Positions 19,376 to 31,076 of a DNA stretch of 32,710 bases are shown here, piece after piece. Source of the stretch: Chiloscyllium plagiosum (Eukaryota); assembly GCF_004010195.1 (NCBI RefSeq), contig NC_057720.1, forward strand, positions 5,540,871-5,573,580. Direction: 5' to 3'. Both the position numbers and the translations under genes were made by a program. The first letter of the stretch is position 1. The number at the start of each line of letters is the position of its first letter. The notes under the pieces were generated by a model. That model worked only from the letters and a program-made list of their open reading frames with translations. It made no database searches and was not told the origin of the DNA.

Positions 19376-21950
19376 AACATAGAACATAGAACGTTACTGT
19401 GCAGTGCAGGCCCTTTGGCCCTCAATGTTACACCGACCTGTGAAATTAATCTGTTGCCCATCTAACCTAAACCATTCCATTATTATCCATATGTTTATCA
19501 AATGCCCATTTAAATGCCCTTAATGTCAGTGAGTCTACTGTTGCAGGCGGGTCGTTCCATGCCCCTCCTACTCTCTGAGTAAAGAAACTACCCCGGTATC
19601 TGTCCTAAATCTATCACCCCTCAATTTAAAGCTATGTCCCCTCGTGTTAGCCATCACCATCCGAGAAAAAAGGCTCTCACTGTCCATCCTGCCTAACCCT
19701 CTGATTATCTATATGACTTGATTAAGTCACCTCTCAACATTCTTCTCTTCAATGAAAACAGCCTCAAGGCCCTCAGCCTTTCCTCGTAAGACCTTCCTTC
19801 CATACCAGGCAACATCCTTGTAAATCTCCTCTGAACCCTTTCCAAAGCTTCCACATCCTTCCTATAATGCAGTGACCAGAACTGTACACAATACTCCAGA
19901 TGCAGCCTTACCAGTCGTCTTGTAAATCTGAAACATGACCTCATGGCTCCGAAACTCAATCCCCCTACCGATAAACACCATCACACCATATGCCTTCTTA
20001 ACAACCCTATTAACCTGAGTGGCAACGTTCAGGGATTTATGCATATCGACACCGAGATCTCTTTGTTCATCCACACTGCCAAGAATTTGACCATTAGCCC
20101 CGTACTCTGCATTCCTGTTACTTCTTCCGAAGTGAACTACCTCAAATTTTTCTGTATTAAATTCATTTGCCACTTCTCAGCTCAGCTCTTCAACTTATCT
20201 ACAACATCCTTCTCTTTAACCTGCAACATCCTTCGGCACTATCCACAACTCTGTCTCCCTTAGTGTCGTCTGCAAATTTACTAACCATCCTTCTACGCCC
20301 ACATCCAGATCATTTATAAAAATGACAAACGGTAGTGGCCCCAAAACAAATCTTTGTGGCATAGCACTGGTAACTGAGCTCCAGGATGAACATTTCCCAT
20401 CAACCACTACCCTCTGTCTTCTTTCAGCTAGCCAATTTCTGATCCAAACCACTAAATCCCGAAACTTCTTATTTTGTGTAATAGCCTACCATGTGGAACT
20501 TATCAAATACTTTACTGAAGTCCATCTGAACCATATCAACTGCTTTACCCTCATCCACCCGTTTTGTCACCTTCTTGAAGAACTCAATAATGTTGGTGAG
20601 GCACGGCCTCCCTTCACAAAACCGTGTTGACCTTCCCTAATCAAATTATTCCTTTCCAGATGATCATAAATCCTATCTCTTACAATCTTTTCCAACATCT
20701 TACCCACAACTGAAGTAAGGCTCACTGGCCCATAATTACCAGGGTTGTCCCGACTCCCCTTCTTAAACAAGGGAAGTGCATTTGCTATCCTCCAGTCTTC
20801 TGGCACTACTCCTATTGACAATGATGACATAAAGATTGAGGCCAAAGACTCCGCGATCTCCTCCCTGGCTTCCCAGAGAATCCCAGAGTCTTATTTTCAA
20901 ATCTTCCAAAATTGCTGAAACCTCCTCTTTGTCAGCTTCAATCCCATCTAATCTTGTAGCCTGTATCTCCGTATTCTCACTAACATTGCCCTTTTCCAAT
21001 GGGAATCCTGAGGAAAAGTATTTATTAAGCGCTTCCCCTATGTCCTCAGATTCCACATACAACTTCCCATTACTGTTTTTGATTGGCCTTAATCTTACTC
21101 GAGTCATTCTTTTATTCCTGATATACCAATAGAAGGCCTTCGGGTTTTCCTTGATCCTATCCGTTAACAGATTCTCATGTTCCCTCCTGGTTCTTCTTAG
21201 CCTTCCCTTTAGATCTTTTCTGGCTAACATATAACTCTCAAGCTCCCTAACTGAGCCTTCACGCCTCATCCTCACAAAAGCCTTCTTCTTCCTCTTAACA
21301 AGATCTTCAAATTCTTTAGTAAACCATGGTTCCCTCGCTCAACAACTACTCCCTGCCTGATAGGTATATACTTATCGAGGGACCACAGCAGCTGTTCCTT
21401 GAATAAGTTCCACATTTCAAGTGTGTCCATCCCCCGCAGTTTCCTTCCCCATCCTATGCATCCTAAATCTTGCCTAATCACATCATAATTGCCTTTACCC
21501 CAGTTATAACTCTTTCCCTGCGGTATATACCTATTCCCGCCCATTGCTATTGTAATCATAACCGAATTATGGTCACTATCACCAAAATGCTCACCTACCT
21601 CCAAACCTAACACCTGGCCGGGTTGATTCCCTAGTACCAAATCCAATTTGGCATTGCTCCTTGTTGCCCTGTCTACATACTGTGCCAGAAAACACTCCGA
21701 CACACACTGAACAAAAACTGACCCATCTAAACTACTTTAACCAAAGTATTCCCAGTCAATATTGGGGAAGTTAAAGTCCCCCATAACAACTACCATGTTA
21801 CTCTCGCTCCCATCGAGAATCATCTTTGCTATCCTTTTCTCTACATCTCTGGAACTATTCAGACGCCTATAGAAAACCCCCAATAGGGTGACCTCTCTTT
21901 TCCTGTTTCTAACCTCAGCCCAAACTACCTCAGTGGATGAGTCCTCAAGC
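19376..21950 (-). mobile_element. CR1 LINE, most of ORF2 (EN+RT, many frameshifts) plus 3' UTR
   Basis: Motifs in order: [67 protein letters not shown]; (AACATAG)n tail. Confidence 0.95.
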
Positions 21951-22019
21951 GTTTGTAGAGGTCCCGCCTTCCCCAGAGAGAGCTCCAGTTATCCAAGATC
22001 TTCCAGAGCAGACTGCCAT

Positions 22020-22434
22020 GTCATACCATATCAATGGCCTTACTGAAATTCAGATAGATGATGTCTACCGCCCTGCCTTAATCAACCTTCCTGGTCACTT
22101 CATCAAAGAACTCTAACAAATTTGTAAGGCATGCTGACTATTCCTCATCAAACCCTATCTTTCCAAATGCATTTATATCCTATCTCTCAAAATCTTCTCA
22201 ATTGACCTACCTACCACTGATGTTAAACTTGCTGGTTTATAGTTCCCAGGTTTTTGTTTGCAGCCTTTCTTGAATAAGGGCACAACATTCGCTACCATCC
22301 AGTCTTCTGGGACCTCACCCAAGGCAATGATGATGCAAAAATAACACCCAGGGATGCTGCAATGCCTCTCTGGCCTCTGACAGTGTTCTTGGATATATCT
22401 GGTCAGGACCAGGAGACTTATCCACCTTCATACA
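22020..22434 (-). mobile_element. CR1 RT N-terminal fragment
   Basis: MKVDKSPGPDQIYPRTL, PEDW and NYKPASLTSVVG remnants. Confidence 0.8.
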
Positions 22435-22739
22435 TAGGGTCATAGAGATGTACAGCATGGAAACAGATCCATCTGCCCAACCTGTCCATGCCGACCTGAA
22501 ATCCCAACCCAATCTAGTCCCACCTGCCAGCACCCGGCCCATATCCCTCCAAACCCTTCCTATTCATATACCCATCCAAATGCCTTTTAAATGTTACCAG
22601 CCTCCACCACTTCCTCTGGCAGCTCATTCCATACACACACCACCCTCTGCGTGAAAAGGTTGCCCCTTAGATCTCTTTCATATCTTTTCCCTCTCACCCT
22701 AAACCTATGCTCTCTAGTTCTGGACTCCTCCACCCCAGG

Positions 22740-23045
22740 NNNNNNNNNNNNNNNNNNNNNNNNNNNNNNNNNNNNNNNNNNNNNNNNNNNNNNNNNNNNN
22801 NNNNNNNNNNNNNNNNNNNNNNNNNNNNNNNNNNNNNNNNNNNNNNNNNNNNNNNNNNNNNNNNNNNNNNNNNNNNNNNNNNNNNNNNNNNNNNNNNNNN
22901 NNNNNNNNNNNNNNNNNNNNNNNNNNNNNNNNNNNNNNNNNNNNNNNNNNNNNNNNNNNNNNNNNNNNNNNNNNNNNNNNNNNNNNNNNNNNNNNNNNNN
23001 NNNNNNNNNNNNNNNNNNNNNNNNNNNNNNNNNNNNNNNNNNNNN
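22740..23045. other. Assembly gap
   Basis: Run of N. Confidence 1.
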
Positions 23046-24332
23046 ACTACACCTCCAATTTTGGTGTCAGCTGCAAACTTACTAACTATACCTCTTATGC
23101 TCACATCCAAATCATTTATGTAAATGACGAAAAGTAGTGGACCTAGCACCGATCCTTGTGGCACTCCACTGGTCACAGCCCTCTAGTCTGAAAAACAACC
23201 CTCCATCACCACCCTCTGTCTTCTACCTTTGAGCCAGTTCTGTATCCAAATGGCTAGTTCTCCCTGTATTCCATGAGATCTAACCTTGCTAATCAGTCTC
23301 CCATGGGGAACCTTGTCGAACCCCTTACTGAAGTCCATATAGATCACATCTACTGCTCCGCTCTCATCAATCCCCTTTGTTACTTCTTCAAGAAACTCAA
23401 TCAAGTTTGTGAGACATGATTTCCCACGCACAAAGACATGTTGACTGTCCCTAATCAATCCTTGCCTTTCCAAATATATGTACATCCTGATCCATCCAAC
23501 ACCACCCCTGCTGTGATATGGACCGTCCCCAAGTCGAGATGTCTTTCTCCATGGTGAACAAAGAGTCATTGAGGACCTCGCCCATTTCCTGCAGTTCCAC
23601 ACATACATGTCCACTTTGTTTCTCAAGGGGCCCTATTCTCTACTTAGTTATTCTTTTTCCTTTAGTTTACTTAAAGAACCTCTTTGGATTCACTCTAATG
23701 CATCCTTTTCACCCTCCTAATTTCCTTCTTCAATAAACTCCTGTGTCCCATATGTATCTCTAGGTATTCCCTTAATATCAGCTGCCTCTACCTGAGCCAT
23801 GCTGTCTTCTTTATTCTGGTCAAAGCCTCAATATCTCTTGTCATCCAGGGTTCCCTATTCTTGTAAACCTCGCCCTTCACCTTCCCAGGAACATATAGTC
23901 TTGAACTCTGGCTATCTCACTTTTAAAGGCCTCCCACTTCCCCTTTGCTTTCAAACAAACTACTCCAATCAACCCCTACAAGCTCTTTTCTAATTCCATT
24001 AGAATTCACCTTGCTCCAATTTCGAACTTGAACGTGTGGACCAGTTTTGTCCCTCTCCTGACTATTTTAAAAATTAATAGACCTATGGTCACTGGTCCCT
24101 AAGTGCTCCCCCACTGTCACCTCCAATACTTCTATTTCCCAAGAGTAGGTCAGGTTTTGGCCCTTCCTGAGCAGGACCCTCTATACAATTCTTGAGGAAA
24201 CTTTCCTGAACGCACTTAACAAATTCTACCCCAACTAAGCCCTTAACTCTCTGGCAGTCCCAGTTTATGTTCGGAAAATTAAAATTCCCTCCTATTGTTC
24301 CTGCAAGTCTCCCCAGTCTCCCTGCCTATTGT

Positions 24333-25622
24333 TGAACAAAGAATATTACAGCACAGGAACAGGCCCTTCGGCCTTCCAAGCCTGCACCGATCCAGATCCT
24401 CTATTTAAACCTGTCACCTATTTTCCAAGGATCTGTATCCCTCTGCTCCCTGCCCATTCATGTATCTGTCTAGATACATCTTAAATGATGCTAACGTGCC
24501 CACCTCTACCACCTCCCCTGGCAATGCGTTCCAGGCACCCACCACCCTCTGCGTAAAGAACTTTCCAGACCTATCTCCCTTAAATGTTTCCCCCCTCACC
24601 TTGAACTCGTGACCCCTCGTAATTGAGTCCCCACTTTGGGAAAAGCTTCTTTCTATCCACCCTGTCTATTCGTCTTGTGATTTTGTAGACCTCGATCAGG
24701 TTCCCCCTCAACCTCCATCTTTCTGATGAAAATAATCCTAATCTACTCAACCTCTCTTCATAGCTAGTGCCCTCCATACCACGCAACATCTGGTGAATCT
24801 CCTCTGCACCCTCTCCAAAGCATTCACATCCTTTTGGTAATGTGGCGACCAGAACTGTATGCAGTATTCCAAATGTGGCCACACCTAAAGCCCTATACAA
24901 CTGTAACATGACCTGCCAACTCTTGTACTCAATGTCCTGCCCAATGAAGGAAAGCATAGCATTTTGACATCTCTACTGACATGTGTTGCCACCTTCAGGG
25001 AACATTGGACCTGAACACCCAGATCTCCCTGTACATCAGTTTTCCCCAGGACTTTTCCATTTACTGTAAAGTTCACTCTTGAATTGGTTTTACCAAAATG
25101 CTGCACTCGCATTTGCCTGGATTGAATTCTAATTGCCATTTCTCTGCCCAACTCTCCAATCTATCTATATTCTGCTGTATTCTCTGACAGTCCCCTTCAC
25201 TATCTGCTACTCCACCAATCTGCAAACTTGCTAATCAGACTATCTATACCTTCATCCAGATCATTTATGTTTATCACAAACAACAATGGTCCCAACACAG
25301 ATCCCTGTGGGACACCACTGGTCACAGTTCTCCATTTTGAGAAACTCCCTTCAACTACTACTCTCTGTCTCCTGTTGCTCAGCCAATTCTCTACCCATCT
25401 CCCTAGTACACCTTGGACCGCATGCATCTTCACTTTCTCCTTCAGCCTACCATGGAGAACCTTATCGAACACCTTACTGAAGTCCTACAGCCCTTCCCTC
25501 ATCAATCAACTTTGTCACTTCCTCAAAGAGTTCTATTAAGTTGGTAAGACATGACCTTCCCTGCACAAAACCATGTTTCCTATCACTGATAAGCCCATTT
25601 TCTTCCAAATGTAATTAGATCC
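24333..25622 (-). mobile_element. Nested CR1 LINE, 3' 1.3 kb
   Basis: [42 protein letters not shown], followed by the UTR. Confidence 0.92.
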
Positions 25623-25934
25623 TGTTCCTCTAATTTCTGTTGACTATTTGGGGGCCTGTAATACAACCCAAATAGCGTCACCATCCCCGTCTTATTTCTC
25701 AGCTCCACCCACAAAGCCTCATCAGATGATCCTTCAGTTATTTCATCTCTGATTACTCATCTTAATCAAAAATGCAGCACCCCCTCCCTCCCTTTCACTA
25801 ACTCTGTCCCACCTAAAGCACCTGTACCCTAGTACATTAAGCTGCCAGTTATGTCCCTCCCTTAGCCAGGTTTCTGTAATGGTTATAATATCATAGTCCC
25901 ATATACCTCTCCGTGCCCCTCCATGTCCACTCAA

Positions 25935-27955
25935 TCCAGGCCTCTCAATGGTCTGTAAGTTTCAATCAGATCTCTCCTACCCTTCTAAATTCGATTGAGT
26001 ACAGACCCAGTGTTCTCAACAGCCCTCATGTGACAAGACCTTTATCCTAGATGATTCTTGTAAACTTCCTTTGGACCCTTCTAATTCCAGCACACCCTTC
26101 CTTCAATACGGGGCCCAAAACCACTCACAATATTCCAAAACATGGTTTGCCCAGAGCCTTCAACAGCCTCAGCAGTACATCTCTGCTCTCGTAATCTGAA
26201 AGGTTCCAACCTGAAACTTTGACCCCCCCTGCTCCTCTGATGCTGCCTGACCTGATGTTCTTTTTCCAGTTACATTCTTTACCCACTCCAGCCCTCTTGA
26301 ATTGAATGCCAACATTGCACCTGTCTTCGTAACTGCCAACTGAACCTGCATGTTAATGTTAACAGAATCTTGAACTAGGACTCCTTTGTACTTCAGATTT
26401 CTGAAGCCTTTCCCCATTTCGAAATACTTATTTTCTTCCTACCAAAGTGCGCAACCTCACACTTTCCTGCATTGCATTCCTCTGTCACTTCTTTGCCCAC
26501 TTTATCAGCCGGTCCAAGTCCTTCAGCAACCTCTCCGCTTCATCAACACTACCTGATCCTCCACTTAACTTTGTGTCATCTGCAAACTTAACAAAATGCC
26601 CTCAGTTCCTTTGTCCAGATTATTAGAGTGTAATGTGAATAGTTATGGTCCAAACAGATACCCCTGTGGAACTCCAATAGTCACCGGCTGCCATCCTGAA
26701 AAAGACCCCTTCATCCCCACTCTCTGCCTTTTGCCAGTCAGCCAATCCTCTATCCAGGCCAATATCTTGCCCCTAACACCATGGGCTCTTACCTCATGGA
26801 GCAGCTTCCTGTGAAGTAACTTGTCAAATGCTTTCTGGAAATCCAAACACATCATACCCACTGGCTCCCCTTTGTCTAATTCGCTTATTACCTTCTCAAA
26901 GAATTGTGAAGAGTTGTCAGGCATGACCTCCCCTTGATGAAGCCATGTTGACACTACTCTACTTTGCCACGCACTTCCAAGTGCTCTGCAATCTCATCCT
27001 TAATAATAGATTCTAAAATTTTACCAACTACTGAGGTCAGGCCAACTGTACTAGAGTTTCTTGTCTTCTGCCTCCCTCTCTTTGTAAACAGGGTTGTTAC
27101 ATTAGCCATTTTCCAATCTCTAGGACCCTCTCTGACTCCAGTGATTTCTGAAAGATCACCACCAATGCCTCCACTATCTCCTCAGCTAACTCGTTTAGGA
27201 CTCTAGGGTGGAGACCACCCTGGTCCGGGCAATTTATCCATGTTCAGTCTTTTCAACACTCCCAGCACTTTCTCCTTCGCGATGGCCACCATCTACCCCT
27301 CATTCTCTTGAAGTTCTGGTGTCTTCCCCTGTGAAAACTGATGCAAAGTACCTATTCATTTCCTCTGACATTTCTTTGTTCCCCATTACGATTCTCCAGC
27401 CTCATTTTCCAGTAATTCATGTACACTATTGCCTTTCTCTAACCTTTTCAATATTAGAAAACTCTGTTGCAATCTTCTTTTATATTACTAGCTAACTTGC
27501 CCTCACATTTCAAGTTCTCCCCAACTTATTGTTTTTTAGTTATCTTCTGCTGGTTTTTAAAGGCCTCTCAATCCTCAATTTCTCATTAATCTTCACCACA
27601 TTGTATACTTTTCCTTTTGCTTTTTTGCTGCCCCTGACTTCCTCTGTCAGCCATGGTTCCCTCAACCTTCCCTTATCACGTTTCTTCTTCCTCGGGATGA
27701 GTTTCTGCTGGGCCTCCCGAATTACCCCCAGAATTTCCTGCCATTGCTGCTCCACCATCTTCCCTGCTAGACTCTCCTTCCAATCAACTCTGGCCATGTC
27801 CTCTCTCCTGTCTTTGTGGTTCCCTTCACTCAATTGTAATAGCATTACATCTGATTCTAGCTTCTCCCTCTCAAGCTGCAGGGTGAATTCTATCATTTTA
27901 CAGGCGCTGCCCCTGGGGTTCCTTCACCTTAAGCTCAAGTATGCCTCATTACACA
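25935..27955 (-). mobile_element. CR1 LINE ORF2 fragment (EN end to RT)
   Basis: ORF 27540..27896 (PWLTEEV) and ORF 26643..26954 (LDFQKAFDK, WIEDWL, GVPQG). Confidence 0.9.
26196..26287 (+). mobile_element. PLE terminal fragment with degenerate hammerhead, inserted in CR1
   Basis: CTGAA-AGGTT.CC.AACCT-GAAAC followed by CTGCTCCTCTGATGCTGCCTGACCTG. Confidence 0.7.
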
Positions 27956-27971
27956 TCAGTTGTCACACAGT

Positions 27972-28168
27972 TATTGGGAAAACCCATCTGGTTCACAGAG
28001 GTCCTTCAAAGAAGGAAACTGCCATCCTTACCTGGTCTGGCCAACATGTGACTCCAGACCCACAGCAATGTGGCAAACTCTTAACTCTGATTTGGGCAGT
28101 TAGGGATGGGCAATAAATACTGGCCGAGTCAGAGACACCCACATTCCATGAATTAATTTAAAAGAAAA
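27972..28168 (+). mobile_element. DeuSINE/SacSINE1-like SINE, 3' half
   Basis: AAAACCCATCTGGTTCAC...GTGACTCCAGACCCACAGCAATGTGG...GGGATGGGCAATAAAT. Confidence 0.78.
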
Positions 28169-28184
28169 ATCCTCCCTTAAGGAC

Positions 28185-28710
28185 CATAGAGTCTTTGAGT
28201 CACACAACATGGAAACATACCTTTGGTCCAACCAGTCCATGCCGAACATAGTCCCAAACTAAACTAGTCCCACCTGCCTCCTCCTGACCCATATCCCTCT
28301 AAACCTTTCCTATTCATGTACTTATCCAAATGTGTTTTAAACATTGTAATTATACCCACGTCCACCACTTCCTCAGGAAATTTCACACACGAACCACTCT
28401 CTGTGTAAACATTTTCCCCCTCATGTCTTTTTAAAATCTCTCTCCTTTCACCTTAAAAATGTGCCCCCTTGTCTTGACCTCCCCATCCTTGGGAAAAGAC
28501 ACCGACCATTAACTCTATGCATATACCTCATGATTTTACAAACTTCTGTCAGATCACCTCTCAACCTCCTACGCTCCAGTGAGAAAGTCCCAGCTTATCC
28601 TGTCTTTCTTTATAGCGCAAACCTTCTGTACTCGGCAATATCCTGGTAAATCTGTTCTGAATCCTCTGCAGCTTCCTATAACTGGGTGACCAGAACAATA
28701 CTCCAGAAGA
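28185..28710 (-). mobile_element. CR1 LINE 3' region
   Basis: Same type as 11053-11660 and 22435-22739 (CATGGAAACA...CTAGTCCCACCTGCC). Confidence 0.88.
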
Positions 28711-28748
28711 GTTTAGTGAACTAGATATATGTTTATTTCATAAGTGAC

Positions 28749-28836
28749 ATCATCTGACGAAGGACCAGTGCTCCGAAAGGTTATGATTTCAAATAAACCT
28801 GTTGGACTATAACCTGGTGTAGTCTAACTTCTGACT
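28749..28836 (+). mobile_element. PLE terminal fragment, third family, with hammerhead motif at 28749-28787
   Basis: ATCAT-CTGACGA-AGGACCAGTGCTCC-GAAA-GGTT-ATGAT (5-bp stem I), then AATAAACCTGTTGGACTATAACCTGGTGT. Confidence 0.72.
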
Positions 28837-29136
28837 CTGTTTTGATATGCAGAGTGTGGAATAATTTCATTGAGTCTACCATTCCACTCAGTGATCCATG
28901 TGTGATGGAACTACAGGTTGGTGTAGACGGGTCAATGCCCACAGCCCTGAATGAGGCTGTTTGGCTCATCTTGCCTGTGCCTCTTTGCTGAGTCCCAAAT
29001 CCCTGCTTCTGATTTGTATGTTCCTTATCCTCACACATCTGTTTAACTCACTCTTAAAGTTATTGATAATCACCTTTTACCACCATTTCAGGGAGGAATT
29101 TCCAATTCTCGACAACCCTCAGTAGACTCTCATCAT

Positions 29137-29236
29137 CACATTACAGAAAGGATGTGATCGCTCTAGAGAGGGTCCAGAGGCGATTTACACGGATATTACC
29201 GAGACTGGAGAGTTTTAGCGGTGAGGCAAGATAGAA
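29137..29236 (+). mobile_element. CR1 ORF2 C-terminal fragment
   Basis: Translates as [21 protein letters not shown]. Confidence 0.8.
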
Positions 29237-29243
29237 AAGGACA

Positions 29244-29565
29244 GGCAGTGGTATGGTAGTAGTGTCTCAAGACTAGAGGCTCAGGTTAATGCCCTAGAGT
29301 CATGGGTTCGTATCCCATCATGGCAGATGGTAAAATTTGAATTCAATAAAAAAAATTGACATCAGGTCTAATTGTAACCATTGTTGTAAAATCCCATCTG
29401 GTTCACTGGCTGCTCTTTTTAGGGAAGAAAATCTGCAGTCCTTACCTAAGCTGACCTGCATGTGACTCCAGGCCCATAGTAATGCAGTTGACCTTTTGCT
29501 GTCTTCTGGGAAACTAGGGATGGGCAATAAATGCCAGTCTAGCCAGTGCCACTCAGATCCCATGA
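29244..29565 (+). mobile_element. DeuSINE/SacSINE1-like SINE
   Basis: GGGTTCGTATCCC B box, AAATTTGAATTCAATAAAA, CCCATCTGGTTCAC, GGGATGGGCAATAAATGC tail. Confidence 0.78.
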
Positions 29566-29832
29566 CTATCCAACCGGACCCTCCATATTCCGTTCCCCTG
29601 GGTCTGGGTGCGCTGAGATCCATGGGCTTTGGGGGAAATGTTCTACCAGCTGCAGCCACTGCTGCTTCTGTGGCGCTGTTGAGTGCAAGGAATGCTGTTC
29701 TCTGATTGGCCGGCAACTCACGCTGGGCCGTACCTCTTCCCCGCCCCCTTCTGGGTCCTGATTCCAGCGTACATCCTGTAGGCAGCCTCACCGCTGCTCG
29801 ATCAGCATGTGGCTTGGTGAACCATCCCAAGT

Positions 29833-30076
29833 CGGGTTCAATTCCCGACTCAGGCAACTGACTGTGTGGAGTTTGCACATTCTCCCCGTGTCTGCGTGGG
29901 TTTCCTCCGGGTGCTCCGGTTTCCTCCCACAGTCCAAAGATGTGCAGGTCAGGTGAATTGGCCATGCTAAATTGCCGGCAGTGTTAGGTAAGGGGTAAAT
30001 GTAGGGGTATGGGCGAGTCGGTGTGGACTTGTTGGGCCGAAGGGCCTGTTTCCACACTGTAAGTAATCTAATCTAA
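29833..30076 (+). mobile_element. HE1-type SINE, 5'-truncated, relatively young
   Basis: Starts at the B box GGTTCAATTCCC, retains CpGs, ends in a (TAATC)n tail. Confidence 0.9.
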
Positions 30077-30291
30077 GGTAGAAGCACCATGGGGTCTCTT
30101 GTGTGCCCTCCAGCTGACAGGCGACACCCCTAATGCCTCCTCACGATTCCGCCTGGCCACAGAATCATATGGAAGGAGACCAATTGGCCTATTATGTCTG
30201 TACTGCCTCTCTGAACCATGAGATGTATCCATTCTCCCACCCTTTCTCCATAATCCAGCAAATATTGACCACTCAAGTAATCATCTCAATA

Positions 30292-30409
30292 GGAGAAAGT
30301 GAGGTCTGCAGATGCTGGAGATCAAAGTCCTGTGCCCGGAGCGTCGAATCTCCTGTTCCCTGGATGCTGCCTGACCTGCTGTGCTGTTCCAGCAATAAAG
30401 TTTCAACAC
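30292..30409 (-). mobile_element. Short PLE terminal insertion with internal inversion; 14-bp TSD
   Basis: TSD TAATCATCTCAATA at 30278-30291 and 30410-30423; 30292-30328 and 30329-30407 are adjacent element parts in opposite orientation. Confidence 0.87.
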
Positions 30410-30454
30410 TAATCATCTCAATACCCTATTGAATGCTTTGACTGAACAGATAAA

Positions 30455-30652
30455 ATAAAAACGAGCTGGAGTTGTTTACCTGGGAGGGGGGATGTTGAGG
30501 GGAGATTCAGTCGATGAAATTATAAAGGGCCCATATAGGGGAGATAGAAAATATCCAGTTCCCTTAACATAGAGGTCATTGACCAAGGGCTATAGATTTA
30601 CTGCTATTGAAAGAAGGATAGAGGGGAACTGGGGATTTTTCTGTTCACCCAG
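30455..30652 (+). mobile_element. Degenerate CR1 ORF2 C-terminal fragment
   Basis: TTGAGGGGAGATTCAG...AAATTATAAAGGG...ACCAAGGGCTATAGATTT...TTCACCCAGA. Confidence 0.65.
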
Positions 30653-30654
30653 AC

Positions 30655-30890
30655 ACCATATGACCATAAAAAGTAGGATCAGAATTATGCCACTCAGCCC
30701 ATCAAGTCTGCTCTGCCATTCTGTCATGGCTGATTTCCAATTTCTCCCAATTCTCCTGCCTTCTCCCTGTAACTCTCATACCCTTACCGATCAAGAGCCT
30801 CTCTACCTCTGTCTCAAATACACTCAATGACTCGGCTTCCACAGCCCTCTACGGCAATGAGTTCCACAAGTTCACCGCCCTCTGCTGGTG
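30655..30890 (-). mobile_element. CR1 LINE 3' end
   Basis: Parallels 18408-18935 without the insertion. Confidence 0.82.
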
Positions 30891-30995
30891 ACAGTCAGGA
30901 GCTGCCTTCCTGGAAGGCTGGGAGAGGTAGAAACCTTCACCCCAATCGAAAAGTACACTTAGATATACTCTTCAGGTACCAGAGTCTAAAGAACA

Positions 30996-31076
30996 ATTGT
31001 AAGAATCCGTTGGGTTCACTTGTGCCCTTTAAGGAAGGAAGTCTGCCATCCTTACCTGGTCTGGCCTACATGTAAC
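30996..31076 (+). mobile_element. DeuSINE/SacSINE1-like core fragment
   Basis: GGTTCACT...AAGGAAGGAAGTCTGCCATCCTTACCTGGTCTGGCCTACATGT. Confidence 0.72.

Larger units (their letters stand above)
22435..25920 (-). mobile_element. CR1 LINE (EN+RT+3' end) spanning a gap and split by a nested CR1 at 24333-25622
   Basis: [45 protein letters not shown] motif YDIITITETWL at 25743..25934; EN sequence resumes across the nested copy. Confidence 0.85.

Noticed and set aside
22591..23176. ORFs of 138-164 aa across the second gap
   Set aside because: Mostly N; the flanks are CR1 sequence
27529..28116. 195-aa plus-strand ORF
   Set aside because: Antisense to CR1 ORF2 and continues into a SINE
29318..29965. 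215-aa minus-strand ORF
   Set aside because: Runs through two different SINEs and the spacer between them; a chance frame
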